Assembly: GCF_001194135.2 (NCBI RefSeq)
Contig: NC_068983.1
Coordinates: forward strand, 149,494,755 to 149,558,754
DNA length: 64,000 nucleotides
Reading direction: 5' to 3'
From: Octopus bimaculoides
Lineage: Eukaryota
Of the stretch, positions 12,866 through 26,100 are shown piece by piece (the stretch's first letter is position 1; each line of letters starts with the position of its first letter). The position numbers and the translations under genes were made by a program. The notes beneath the pieces are model-generated. The model did not search any database and was not told where the DNA came from. It saw nothing but the letters and a program-made list of their open reading frames with translations.

Positions 12866-13457
12866 GTATCTATGTGAAATATACTGGATTGATTGAAATG
12901 GTTGACAGTGGATTGAGGAATATCAGAGTAGGAATACTTAAGTTTTTGGAAGTTGATGTTATGATAAATATAAGAAAGTGGCCAAAACTTATGCTGGGGT
13001 TTGTTCATCACCATTTGGTAGAGCTGGTGTACTTAATTGGTAAAAAAAAAAATAGCCAACTCGGGCTCAGAGGTGATCAAAAGTATTGTAGGTCCATTTT
13101 TTTTTTTTTTTACCCTAAGGGTTAATTAGTTCTGACTGTCAATGATAGATATAAATTTTTAGAGATTTCAATCAAAGGAAATATTTTGCATGTTTCAACA
13201 TATTATATATTAGGTTTCATTTATTGTGGCTGTAGTTTTTGTCTTTATTTTCATTAGAAAATGTTTCAGCTTAATAGATCTTCAGCTATCTTTTCTGTTA
13301 GAGGCAATCTTTCACTGTTCTTGATGTTGACCATAAATTGCTTCATTCTACAAACAGAATCTACAGAATTTCAGCGTCCCATTTGATTCATTTCTCTTTT
13401 AATCAATAAGTGTTGCTTTTTATTAACGTTTATTAGTTCCAGATTCCAACACTGCTC

Positions 13458-13657
13458 TGCATGACTATAGGGCTTTACTTAAAATAGCCACTTAGTCTGG
13501 TGTAACTCTAATATCCTTACTGTCAAATCCCATAATGTTCACTTCTACATTTCTTTGCAGATTTATGGCTCTGCATGAAATTTGTTTCTTTAACATTTTT
13601 GTTCTGCATGATAATTTCCTCCCAGTTTCAGCTGTTGCTGCTTATTCAGTTTGCATG
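13458..13657 (+). promoter_or_regulatory. cluster of four TGCATG (Rbfox-type) intronic splicing motifs
   Basis: TGCATG at 13458, 13572, 13605 and 13652, 400-600 nt upstream of exon 14067. Confidence 0.55.
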
Positions 13658-14066
13658 CACATTTATGGTATTTTACTTGTTCTGAGAGTAACAATAATGA
13701 GATATGCTAAGTTTTTGCAGAAATCCTACAATAACTGAACTACTTTTGTTACTCTGACAACTTCAACAATGTATATTTTCTTAATGCATCTTTGGCATTC
13801 AGGTTTGTATTCTCAGAAAACAAAGGAATTTATTTTGTGCTTGTGTCACTTAAATTTTCTTCTAAATAATACATCCAATTTCAGTAACTCTTTAATCGCA
13901 ATATACATAATGATTTCTCCTGAAATGATCATTAATATTTTTTTTTTTTTTTTTTTTCATTTCTTTAAAGCATGTTTTCATGTCTGTAGTTTGTTGCATC
14001 GAGTCATTTTATGAATTATTTTCCTCATTTTGGTATATATAAATATGTTGGGGTTTTTTTCTATAG

Positions 14067-14168
14067 ATACCAGAAGACATCTGCTGCCATGAAGACTGCT
14101 TCTGAGAAAACTACATCTGCCATTTCAGTGCTTGGTGCTTCAGTAAGCAAAAAATTTGATGAAATGAG
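14067..14168 (+). CDS. TPD52: TPD52-family exon (102 nt, phase 2-2)
   Basis: ttttttctatag|ATACCAGAAG...GAAATGAG|gtaaca; encodes YQKT..FDEM(R). Confidence 0.92.
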
Positions 14169-17100
14169 GTAACATTTGTTTCTACAATACATAACAATTA
14201 TTAAAAAGTATCTCCATATACAATGAATTGTATTGTACACCAGTTTCTAAATTGTTTTGCTAAGAATAGAAACAAGAAATAAATGTTCTGTTGTCTATGT
14301 TGGATAATCTAATAGAATAAATGCTTAACGGACATTAAATGATGATGATGTTGGATATGTTATATATGTTGGATATGTGTAACAGAAGATTATAAAAGAT
14401 ATTGTTTGTCTGTGATCTTTGCATATGATGTATGTTTCATGTTTTTTTTCTGATTTATGCCTGTGTGTGAAGGCATGTTAAATTAAAAGTGAAAGAAAAA
14501 AATTATATCATTTTCTTCAGATTAGAATGTTTTAAATTTCATTGTGACAAGGGCAGAGTTTAATCTTTTGTATTAATATTTAATGAGATATTAAGTCCTT
14601 TCACTTATCTAAGGACTAGTCCTTAACTCTGGTTTCTGTACTACTAAATAATAAGAGCCAAACCTACTCCAAGAAAGGACACCAATTCATATTAAATATT
14701 CCGTTTATAGCAAGGTGGGACACACATAAGAAAGAAGAAAGCAAAGGACCACTGATGAGGTCACAGAAGTGTGATGAAAGAACTCTGGCCGAAATAGGAT
14801 TAATGTAATGTAATGTAATATAATGCTGAAGCAAATTAACACCAAATATACAGTGCGTGTGTTTTTATTGGTTAAACTGGCAATATGACCGTCCCCAAGT
14901 ACAACAACATCATATTAAATAAATTTCTCACAAATGCTGGTCCTTTTTTTAAAAAAAGGTAGGCAAATTGAAGCTCATGCTCAAAATAATCTGTTGAGAG
15001 TCATTGAAAATATATGCAATGGATTTGAAATTTTGTCTCTACTAGAATATATGAACCTTAATAACACCAAACATTGATAGAAGTTGTTAATGGTATTTCA
15101 GCTTATTGTTTTATCACTCTAAGCTAGTAACTTGGATTAATGCTTATTAACTTCCCAGCTAAAGAATTAATTTGAATCTTGTCATCAATGTTACTCTTTA
15201 ATGAACTTGCTCTAAGTAAGTATAGCTTGTTACTGAAAGGACTTGTTTCCTTGTGTTGTAGTGCTTATTCAAATCTAGCACCATCCCATAAGTTCCATCA
15301 TGTCGTTTGACACACTATATGACTACAAACACCATCTTATGTAACTGAAAATTTTAAAAATATTCTCTTGCAAAAATTGGTTGAGCACCATTGCACACGC
15401 TGTAAAGTGGTTGGCATTAGGAAGGACATCCAGTCAAAGAAACCATGCTAAATCAGATTGGAGTTTAGTGCAGCACCCTGGCTTGCCAGCTCTAGTCAAA
15501 TCATCCAACCCATGCCAGCATGGACAACAGACGTTAAATAATGATGATCAGTTGATTTTGTTTTTGTCTGATTGATCTGCTGTATTTCCTGTTGAATTTT
15601 ATTATTTCAGAAATTCTCAGACATTCAAGACAGTGGAAGAACGAGTGGAGAATGCTTACACTAATGTAAAGGTGAGTCCTACTTGCTAGTTAGCGCTTTC
15701 TGAATTTTTTTTTCTTTTTTTGTCTGAATTAGGTTAAACTTTATTTAAAACAAAGGAAATAAAGAAAATATCATATTAAACAGAAATACCAAAAATATAC
15801 AGATGAATTTTTATTACTTACATTAAAACATTCACAGATCTACAGCTAGAGGCAGGCAGCACCTACATTTTCTACATATTACTGTTTTATCTGTAATGAT
15901 GATTACATACATATAAATGATAACTCTTTCCCTTTTTTTCTAATCTCACACTCCTTTTCATGTGGTTTTTATACATAGGGTTAAAGAATTTTATTAGAGA
16001 AAGAAAGATTAGAACTCAGCCTTTTTCAGTTTGGTTTAACCTCACATCTTTTTCAACACTCAAGCAGAGGACATAATTAGACTGAAGTGATTTGGTTGTT
16101 TATGAACATTTGGGTGCTGCCTGCTATTCTTGACTTGGTCAACTTTAACCCTTTAGCGTTCAGATTACTCTTTCAAATGTAATACTTATTTATTCACATT
16201 ATTTTGAAATAAACAGTCACGTCATCGAAGTCTCAAAGTCATGAGAGAATTCTCATGACTTTGAGACTTTGATGATGTGACTGTTTCTTTTTGAAATGAC
16301 ATTATCGGATAGGTGTGAGAGGCTTGATCTGGCCAGTTTGTACATAAAACAGGTAAAATATTTGGGCCTGATGTGACCAGTTTAAATGCTAAAAGGGTTT
16401 TTTTTTTGTTTTGTTTTTCTCCTATTTTCCTTGCTTGAGCTGCTTATCAAAATTAGAATTAAGCCTATTATTGGTGTATTTGTAAGTTTGTTTACTCTGT
16501 CCTGAAATTTTACTAACCATGCATATTCTGTTTAGACTTCAAAGTCAATTGAGAATTTAAAAGATAAATTGGTGAGTTCCAGCTGTTTGTAAAGTTGTTG
16601 TTGTGCTGTAGTAGTAACTATTGAGTTGTCACCAAAGAGTATGTTTTGTCACTTCGTACTGTTTTAGTTATTATATAATGCATGTTATTTTGCTTTGATT
16701 GTTGTCAATTTGAATCCTATGAATTCTATATTATTTCATCCGTGTTGGAGAGATGAAAGGTTAAGTAGACATATACAGAAGTTGAAATATAGAGTAATGA
16801 GCTCAAGATTAGATTTTTTTTTCCACTATTTTTTTTTTTCCACGATTCTGATTCTGATAATGAGGTGATTTGTGAGTTACTAATGAGATACATAATCTGA
16901 ATGCGTAATGATTTGATCATGTTTTGTGATTTCTTATGTGGATATAAGGCTTCAGGTTATTAAGCAAAGAGGGTGGAGTTTTGTGCTGTTGATGTCCTTC
17001 ATTAAGAATGTATGTGTAACGAAAACCAATTAAAACTGAGTAGACTTGGTTTTTACTAGGTATTGAGATATACATTTCTTGGGGTTAAAAAAAAACTAAA

Positions 17101-20100
17101 AAGACAGTGATATTATAATAAGATTTAAGAAATTTAGTTGTTAAAACAGTTTTCATTCAATATAATTTAATGATCTGTAAATAAAGTGTTCAGACTTGTC
17201 AATAAGGAGTTTAAATTACTGACTGGACAATCTGTTGGTTTCTTCACTGTAAACTTATGAGTCTGTGCCCTTTTCAATTGTACTATGTTGTACCTGTTCA
17301 GTAGTTGAACAGTTAAAAAACAGGGCGATAATAACTCGGTAGGTATTAGAGTGCTAAACTAAACAAAAAATGATGAGATGTTTGCTGATACTCACTCCTA
17401 GAATCAAACTCTTTCACACATTAACAAAATAATCAACATTGACTTCCTTATGAAGGAATATTAAAATAAAAGCCAACATGACCTTTTCCAACTGAAAAAT
17501 AGTTTTAATCATGGTACAAATAATTGTTTCTGCACAGTCACCTAACTACTTAACTGTCTTAAACTCATTCTTTACTCTTTACTCTTGCCTATACTATGTT
17601 TAACTTTTCTTCTCATCCATTGCAGTATCTTGCACTTCTTACTGCTCATGTTCATTCTAGTTATTTCTCTTATTTCTTTACACATTCTTTACTTCCCCAC
17701 TGTAATATCTACACTTTCGTGTTTTATTGCTTTCTCAGTTTTAGTGTCCTACTTTCTTCACTCTTAGTTACACTTATTTTCTTTCTTTCGTGGCTGTGTA
17801 GTGTGAAGTTTTCTTCCTAACCACATAGTTTCAGGTTCAGTCCCACTGTGTGGCACCTTTGGCAAGTCTTCTATAGCCTTGGGTCTACCAAAGCCTTGTG
17901 AGTGGATTTGGTAGATGGAAACTGAAAGAAGCCCTTTGTGTGTGTGTTTGTTCCTTACCAGTGCTGGTGTGTTTGTGCCCCCATAACTTAGCAGTTTGGC
18001 AAAGGAAGTTAATAGAATAAATACCAGGATTAAAAAGATAAAAATAAGTACTGGGGTCAATTCATTCTACTAAATATTATTCAAAGCAATGCCCCAGCAT
18101 GGCTACAGTTTAATGACTAAACCAATTAAAAAAAAAAAAAAAGATGAAAGAAATAACTTCTTAAACTTTGCTAAAGGCAACCTCTCAAGTAAAGCAGGTT
18201 ATCCAAACTATAATCAGTACAGTGCAGTGTGCAAAGAAGTCGGGAAGATAATCTATCTGATGCTAGCAACATAGAAATATTTATCCTGTTCCATCACAAA
18301 TACTGGTTCTAGGTACTAAATATAAGAACACTGCCAAACAGTATAATTCCTACAGAGAACCATTTATTGCATTTTATTTTGATAGGGTATGCATGATGTT
18401 TAAAGAGTTTTGTCAAACAGTCATAAATTGTGATTTGTGAAGTCAGCATGATGTGTAATTTGTCCTGGTTGAACTGAGACATACAACTTTGTGCCCTACT
18501 TGGTAACACAAAAAAAAAAAACTGCAGATGATATCAATTTATTATTTATTATTTGGTTACATAATACTACTCACTTTCTTTACCTCAACATCTATTCACT
18601 TATTTGTTTTTACCTCAGTAAATAAATATATAAGCTAATAGCATATTCTGCTATTGTAGAGTGCTAAATAAAATAGCCTTTAGTATTTACAAGGCATTGC
18701 CATATTATCTCAAATAAAAATATATAAACAAGCAAACGGTTAAGGATCTTTGCTTATTACCTCTGTGCCATTTACTCAAATCCTTAGAATCTTCCTTTTG
18801 TGATACACGCCACATCACATGACTCAGCCACATGTGGTTAGAGTAATTATATTCCTATTAATTTTTATTATCCATGCTGTCACAAAAAGTATTTTTGATT
18901 TTGAGAAAGAGAAAACTTGGCCTTACATGTTAAATATATTGTTGAATACCAGATACAAGTTAGTTTTAAACCAAATTGTAAATTTTATAAATTAGAATTT
19001 TGCAATTACTTGAGTAATAAGTGAAATTTTACAGTTTCTGTTTTATGTAGCTCAAAAAATTTATAATGGTCCTTTACTCTTGAAGCAAAACTATATTATT
19101 TATCTCAAGCGCTAGTGTAGTCAGTTACTTGACCTTTCATAATCAGAGCTATTTATTAACAGGTATTAGTCTTCTCTTAACTGGGAATGAAAAAATATCA
19201 GACTTAGATTTAAAAGTTTATTTGGGGGCAAGACATTTGAAAAATTTACTTTGAGATACTTTTTTAACTTATGTGGTCCTTTGTGTTGATAAATATTTGG
19301 TTGAAATAAAGTTAAATTGTTTAATGTAAAGAGTTATGATATTGAAATATAATGCATAGACTGAGCAAAGAATATATAAAACAAAAGTAGTGTAAATAAA
19401 GAGTAGTACTAAAAAATAACAGACCAGAAAAACCTAAAGTATCATAACTTAAAGGAGGCACATAGCTTAGTGATCAGGGTGTTGGACTCCTGATTGTAAG
19501 ACTGTGGTTTCAATTCTTAGACTGGGCAATGCATTATGTTCTTGTACAAAACACTTTATTTCACATTGCTCCAGTCCACTCAGCTGGCAAAAATGAGTAA
19601 TCCTGCAATGGACTGGTGTCCCATCCAGGAAGGAGCATACATGCCAGAGAAACCAAGAAACTGGCCTTATGCTCCTTACAGAGTAATATGGACTAACCAT
19701 AACCATTATAACTTAGATGGTGTTAATTTATATTGAATATATTTTGTCAATCATGAATTTTATACCTGTGAGGTGTAGGTAAAAATCTTATTGGCAGCTT
19801 GAGATACTTTCAGTTTTATAATGTAATTCTAGGTTTATGAGCTGGAGGATTGTGATAAAAATAAATTTAATATAAAGGAATCAAGAAGTTAGGGAAGAAT
19901 CAATAGTAACATTTTTAGAACAGTTCAACATACCTGAACATATGAGTTACACAAAGCTTATTGCAGTCTTACTCTAGTTAATCAATATACCTCAGGTAGA
20001 AGTGTTGAAGGTGATACTTAGCAGTTTTGTCTTTTATGAGTTGTGCATTTTATGTCATTGAGTATGTCTAACATTGGTGTTACTAAGAGAAGGAATGGTG

Positions 20101-23100
20101 TGTTTGACAGATATTATATTTTATGTAGGTGGTTAATAAAAGAGTTTTAGTTGTGTACGTGAATGGAAATGGTGTTAACTCTGATGTCATTTGCATATGA
20201 AAGGTTATGTGGGATGGGGCGGGGCATGTAAGAAGGTGGTGTAGGTATGAGTAGAAGTGAGACTGGATATTTGCATTCCATTTATTACTGATTGTACATG
20301 TGTTGTAATTTACATAGGCTTGTTAACCTGAGAAATACTTCAACAGTCAGTGTTTTGTGTTATTCTTTAAGCGGGTGTTAGTATTTTACATATGACTAGA
20401 TTGCTTGCCCCACAAAAATTTGGAGCTTAATTTGTCTAAACAAGCCACTCCCTACTGTCACAAAATGTAAAATCTAATGTTTTTTTTATAGCCGTAGTCA
20501 CTCAGTAAGAAGGCCAAAATTGCATATAGTGAGATACTTTAACAATCTTTCTAATATACCATCTTTTAATACAAATCAGGAAAAAAAATAGGTTTCATAA
20601 GGAATTTATAGAACCAATTACTAAGTTAACTGGTATTTTTTGTTATTTTGTCTTTATTCACTCAATCTATCTGTTCATTCTGCAAGATTGTTGTAACTAA
20701 TCTTTTGCCTGTTATTTCTAATAACAAGACACAAAATTCACTATTAAAATGCTTTTCTGTTGTATCAGTTTTTTTGTTTTGTTTTGTTTTGTTTTTTGTG
20801 TGTGTGTGTGTTTAGTGTTTGTTTGCTTACATATTCATGCATGAAATTATGTTGTTTAATATAATTCTTTTTTACAACACTGCCATCTCTGTTCTTGTTC
20901 TACAATACTGTCATCACTACTCTTTTGATTTAAGATGCCTTGGTAGCAAAAGGGTCAGCAGTTTACATCCATCATGCTACGCCAATATCAAAAACATTTA
21001 ACTTTTTGTAGCCCTGTCCACAGTCAGTTTCTTTCTTTATTTAATTAATTTGAGTAGAGGAACAATGCATTTGACTATGGCAATGCTCAAACTGCAAATA
21101 GCTACAATGACTATTATATTAGCTTGAATGTTGGACTCAGATCTTTATTCCCTTTGCTAGACCCTTGTTAAAAGCTAGTGTTAACACACAGCTGCCTTGT
21201 TCTGTGAAAGCTGAAATAAATCCAGCATATTTTATCTACCATACGGAGACTGTCATTATACACAAATGTCTGTGTAAAAGATCCTGTATAAACTGAGTTC
21301 AAGCAACAGGATCCTCTTGCAACACTGTAATTCTTTATTGGTCCATACTTATCTGTAGTCTCTCAGTAGTTCATTCCCCACCCTGTCTATATTTCAATGA
21401 ATTTTGATGTTGTAGAAGAAAATGAAACAGTTTTACTCCATGGCCCTTCTTATCTCTAACAATCACCACTTCCATATTGGTGTACATGCCTGTTTGCCTA
21501 TCTATCTCTACCTCTACATATTAAATTGAAATTTTAACTATCATATGCTTTGCAACAGGTGTTTTCTACCCTTTTCCTTGTTTAAAGACTTATAATACAC
21601 ACATACACACACTCTTATGATTCTAAACTTTCTACACTGATAAAATATGCATTTCTGCACTCATTTAATTACTGCAGCTAGGTTGATGATGGAGGGGCAG
21701 TGCTAGAGAGCTGATGGATGATGGAAAAGACTTGAGGAGGAAATTAGGTGAAGGCTTCAGTTTCACTGAGATGTACACATCTTAAGTATTGCATATCACC
21801 AGTCATCCTGGTCCTTAATCATCTGTTCCATGAGGTTCAAGGTCCTGAGATCAGCCTTCACTGCTTTATCTCATGTCTTCATGGACCTCCCTCTTCCACA
21901 AGCTTCATCAAAGCTGTGGCATCCAGCCTTAGCTACTCCTAATTTTCCAATTTCATTGTGAAACATGGAAACGGGAAACTTTTAAAATCTCATATAGAAT
22001 TGTTTTAAATTATGTGATTCCATCTTCAGGGTACCACTGAGGTGAAGCCATCAGAAGAGTTTTCAGCAAGTGTGAGTGAAATATTTTTTTAAAAAATGAA
22101 AAATCCCAAACCTAACCACACTTGTTTTCTGTTAGCTGTGTTACTACACCTTTTTCTGCTTCTCCTTTCTCAGCTGGTTCTGTTCAATAAAATAAGTATC
22201 AGTCAGTATATTATTAAGTCAATATAATTGACAGTTTCCTCCTGCACGAGTTCCTAACCTTGTGCCTACATACCCACACATCCTCATTTTATATATTAAT
22301 CAATATGCTTGATAATGAGATTTTAGTACATTACAACTTACCTTTTTATTTAATATGTAGACAAACTTTAATCTGTCAATTCTGTCTTCTTATACTATTT
22401 TACATCCATATTTCTAACTTAGCACGACTAAAATAGCTTTTGTAATCTTGCTTACTATTAGGGCTTTTTTTTTTTTTAGTCTTCCTACCTCTCTTCCTTA
22501 GACATTAAAATAGGTATAAAGCCAGTTTATCAGCCAGCCAGACTGATTCAAACAGGGGTTTGAGCCATTGCCAAGGGATACTATATAACTGTTATAGTAG
22601 TAGAAAGAATCAAACTTCAAATGACATGGTCTGCAACTTTAACCTCACTGCTACTATCCTTTTTAATCCACGTATAACTTCTTTATAGAATACCTCATTT
22701 AATATTTTTCATTAAAAAAAAAAAATGCTTACTTTACTTATGTACAAGAAAGTTCAAACAGTACTATTTTTATATATTGCTTTTTCTATTCAAGATGTCA
22801 GAAAATTATTACTGTTGTCATATTTGCACTCACTTTGTGCTAGTCTTTTTTATATATCTCTTTACATTTGTTAATTAAACAGTATTTTTTTCTTCTTCTT
22901 CGGAAGTGTGTGTTTATGCTCATATTCATGAAGGTGATTGTGCTTATATTCATTGTGTAAATGTGTTTGAAAATATTGAAAACTGAAATAGCTTCTTTCT
23001 GTTTTTAATAGTTAATCAGCAGATATCATGATTATACCTCATGATTATGATGAAAATAAACAAGCTTATTGTGTGATGTAATTATTGCTCACATTCTATT

Positions 23101-26100
23101 GTTCTGTTTTCTAACGGAATTAGATGCACAGTCGATGACCTGGTGGTAATGGAATTATCTGAATGGCATGAATTTCTTGTCATTACAATGACCATCTAAT
23201 CTCTGATAAATAACAACATTATTTGTACTACAAAAAACCTCCAAACAACATAGGTTAGCTGAGAGGATGTAAGACCTGTTCAGAGTGACATATATCAAAA
23301 AATACCTCGGACCTACTACATATGCGTATGCACACTTACTAGTGATGGCCCCTCCATGTGGTTGCTTGGCTTGCTAAAATTAACAGCCAAATTTCCCTCA
23401 AGTCAACTTCATCAATGTAAAAAAAAAAGGACACATTGGATAATGTAGGCATATATACACTATGCCTGAGAAAAAAATAGGTTTATATTGGCTGGAACAT
23501 TCTTGAAGATCTGTCACCCCAGTCAGGACTGAACTAGAGCTAAGCAATACACAAACACACACATTAGCATTCACATGTACAGTAATACTCTATACATTTC
23601 TTTCACTAGTACTCACATACTTATCATCATCATCATCATCATTATTTAATGTCCACTGTTCCATGCTTGTGTAAGTTGGATGGAATTTTTTAGGCAGATT
23701 TTCTACAACCAGATGCTCTTCCTGTCACCAACCTTTACCTGTTTGCAAGTAAGGTAATATTCTCCCAGACCAGACATGTTTACACAGAAGATTGGAAACA
23801 AAGACACTGATTGCATGACTTTCATTTACAACTATCACGTAAAGTCAAGACAAGGAGACAATAATGTGCATGCACGCACACACACACACTATGGTTTTTT
23901 TTTTTTTTTTCATTTTCTCTCTACTAAATCCACTTACAAGGCTTTCCCAGCCTCAAACTATAGTAGAAGACACTTGCCCAAGGTGCCACACAATGGGACT
24001 GAACTTGAGACCATGTGGTTGGGAAGTAAGCTTCTCACCACATAGCTATGCCTGTGTGTTATAGTTTATATAAAAGCAATAGGTTGTGTTAATATATTGT
24101 TAGATTACTAGTTAATAAGACTCAAGTTCAAATTTATGATAAGTGTTTTGTTACGTGTTAGGACAGCATAGTTAATTCTATAGAACTAAGTTCACATAAC
24201 CAGGGAATTGGCACTTATTTCTTCACTGTCACCAAAACAGATTTATCTCTCATCTGTGTTATGCTAAACATCCACTGCCGTTCAATGAGCATGGGTTGTG
24301 GAGCACAGCTTGGCAACAAGGCCACACTTCAGTCTTTGGCAGACCACTATGAGTGTATACTCTCTGATTCCAAGCAGATGTGTGCAGTTTTTCAATGGCA
24401 CTTTGCCAGATTGTTCACAAGAAGTGATAAAATGGAAATGATGGGCTTCAATCTTACCTCAGTGACCTGCTGTTGCTATTGGCTAAACATGCAGATTAGT
24501 ATGTAAAAAAAAAAAAAAATCAGCTGTTGAAGTAGCAGACATGTTGAACAACTAACTGTATGATAGATAAATTGCCAAGACTGGACAGTCTGTTGTATGG
24601 ACTTATTATTACATGTCTGACTTCTTTGTTGTCTTGGCAGCTGTCTATTGCAATTGGTAGTAGATTGGAAGCATTCCAAATTTTGTGAACTGGTGATGCT
24701 GTTGAGGAAGAATCTGAACAAGAGAGAATAGTGGAGACCTTCAAACCCATAACTCTGCTCATCATAAAGTAAAAGATTTTAGTTTAAGATGCTTGTCAGT
24801 AACAGTTTAAGCCAGAGATGCAGACTTGTGCAACCCCCAGTTGATCAATCCACAATAATTTGTACTTCATGAAATAAAATATAATGTTAGCCGCAGTAGA
24901 TCTGGCTTTGGTAAGTTTCTAATCAATTTAGATTAGTGTGAAGCAGATGATAGGATCAACCCTCCTACCTGGCAGTTTTCCTAAGCAGAGATGGTTTTGA
25001 TCTCATTTACAGAGGCTGAATCACTACAATGTGCAGTGTCATCTGTGCTGTTGTCAAATTTAAATAGTCACCTACCAGAAGTGTTTCGTATCACATGCAC
25101 ACTTTGCCAAGGCTGCCTTCTCTCATCCCTTCAGTATATTTTACCTCCAGTGCCAAAGTATGTTGAAGATGTTGAGGGCAACCTGCTTGAACTGGGATAT
25201 GAAAGACCTATTTTTGGATGTGCAGACAACATGAGATGGGAATTGAGGTGGTCAATAGCTGTAGACATCATGGTGCTGACACACTGGGTTTAGTCATGGT
25301 CAGTACCATTGTGGAGGAGCAGTCGGAGGCATTGGGAGCATGCATTACCCAGGGCAAGGAAAAAACTTCTGTTACTGGTTGAAGACCTTAACTTGCCAGT
25401 GCATTTACTTGTTGAAAATAAATTCTACAAGCATAGCCATCTTGAAACCACCAGCAACTGTGCTTGTCTGAGATACATACAGAGTGGAAAGATTATCTGG
25501 CACACATTCGCTCAGTGTTTATGCATTGCTGATTTGTGGGTTATGTTGAACAGCTGTTATCAACTGAGTCTACCATGAAAATCAGCCCCTCATCTTCCTT
25601 TGGCGGGAGGGGTAGTATTCCTTGGCCGCATTTCCATGGCAAAGGGAGTTGTGTAATGGGATATGGTTGGAAGTGTTTTTCTTCTCATACGAAACCCTAA
25701 TCAACTACAAGTAGCACTTTAAGGAAAAGGTAAGAGCAGAAAGGGAGGTTGTATGAAAGGTCCAAGAGAGTGACAAAATTAGCATAACTAAATGGACCCA
25801 CATGAACTCTGCCACCTTGTATGTAGTTTCATAAGAACTGAAAGAAAGCACTTGTTTTAATGTGTCAAGCTAATCCCAAATTGCATGTGAGGTGCCTCAA
25901 ATTACCCTAAGAGTGTAAAAGCGCTCATTACATTCTTGGAGTGGTTGCCATTAGGAAGGGCATCCAGCTGTAGAAGACCATACCAAATTAGACTGGAGTC
26001 TGGTGCAGCCTTCCAATATGCCAGTATGGACAATGGACGTTAAATGATGATGGTTCTCTCCTCACTCATATTTTAAGAATCTTTCTTGTTCCTATTATGT

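Noticed and set aside
14143-14148. Strong-looking GTAAGC donor inside TPD52 exon 14067-14168
   Set aside because: Use would shift the frame relative to exon 15611; the downstream donor preserves the conserved KKFDEMR-NS junction.
23124-23145. Possible 22-nt TPD52 exon (ATGCACAGTCGATGA.., MHSR-stop) with gtaatg donor
   Set aside because: The branch-like CTAAC is only about 8 nt from the AG, there is no pyrimidine tract next to the AG, and the length is not frame-preserving. Support is insufficient without RNA data.
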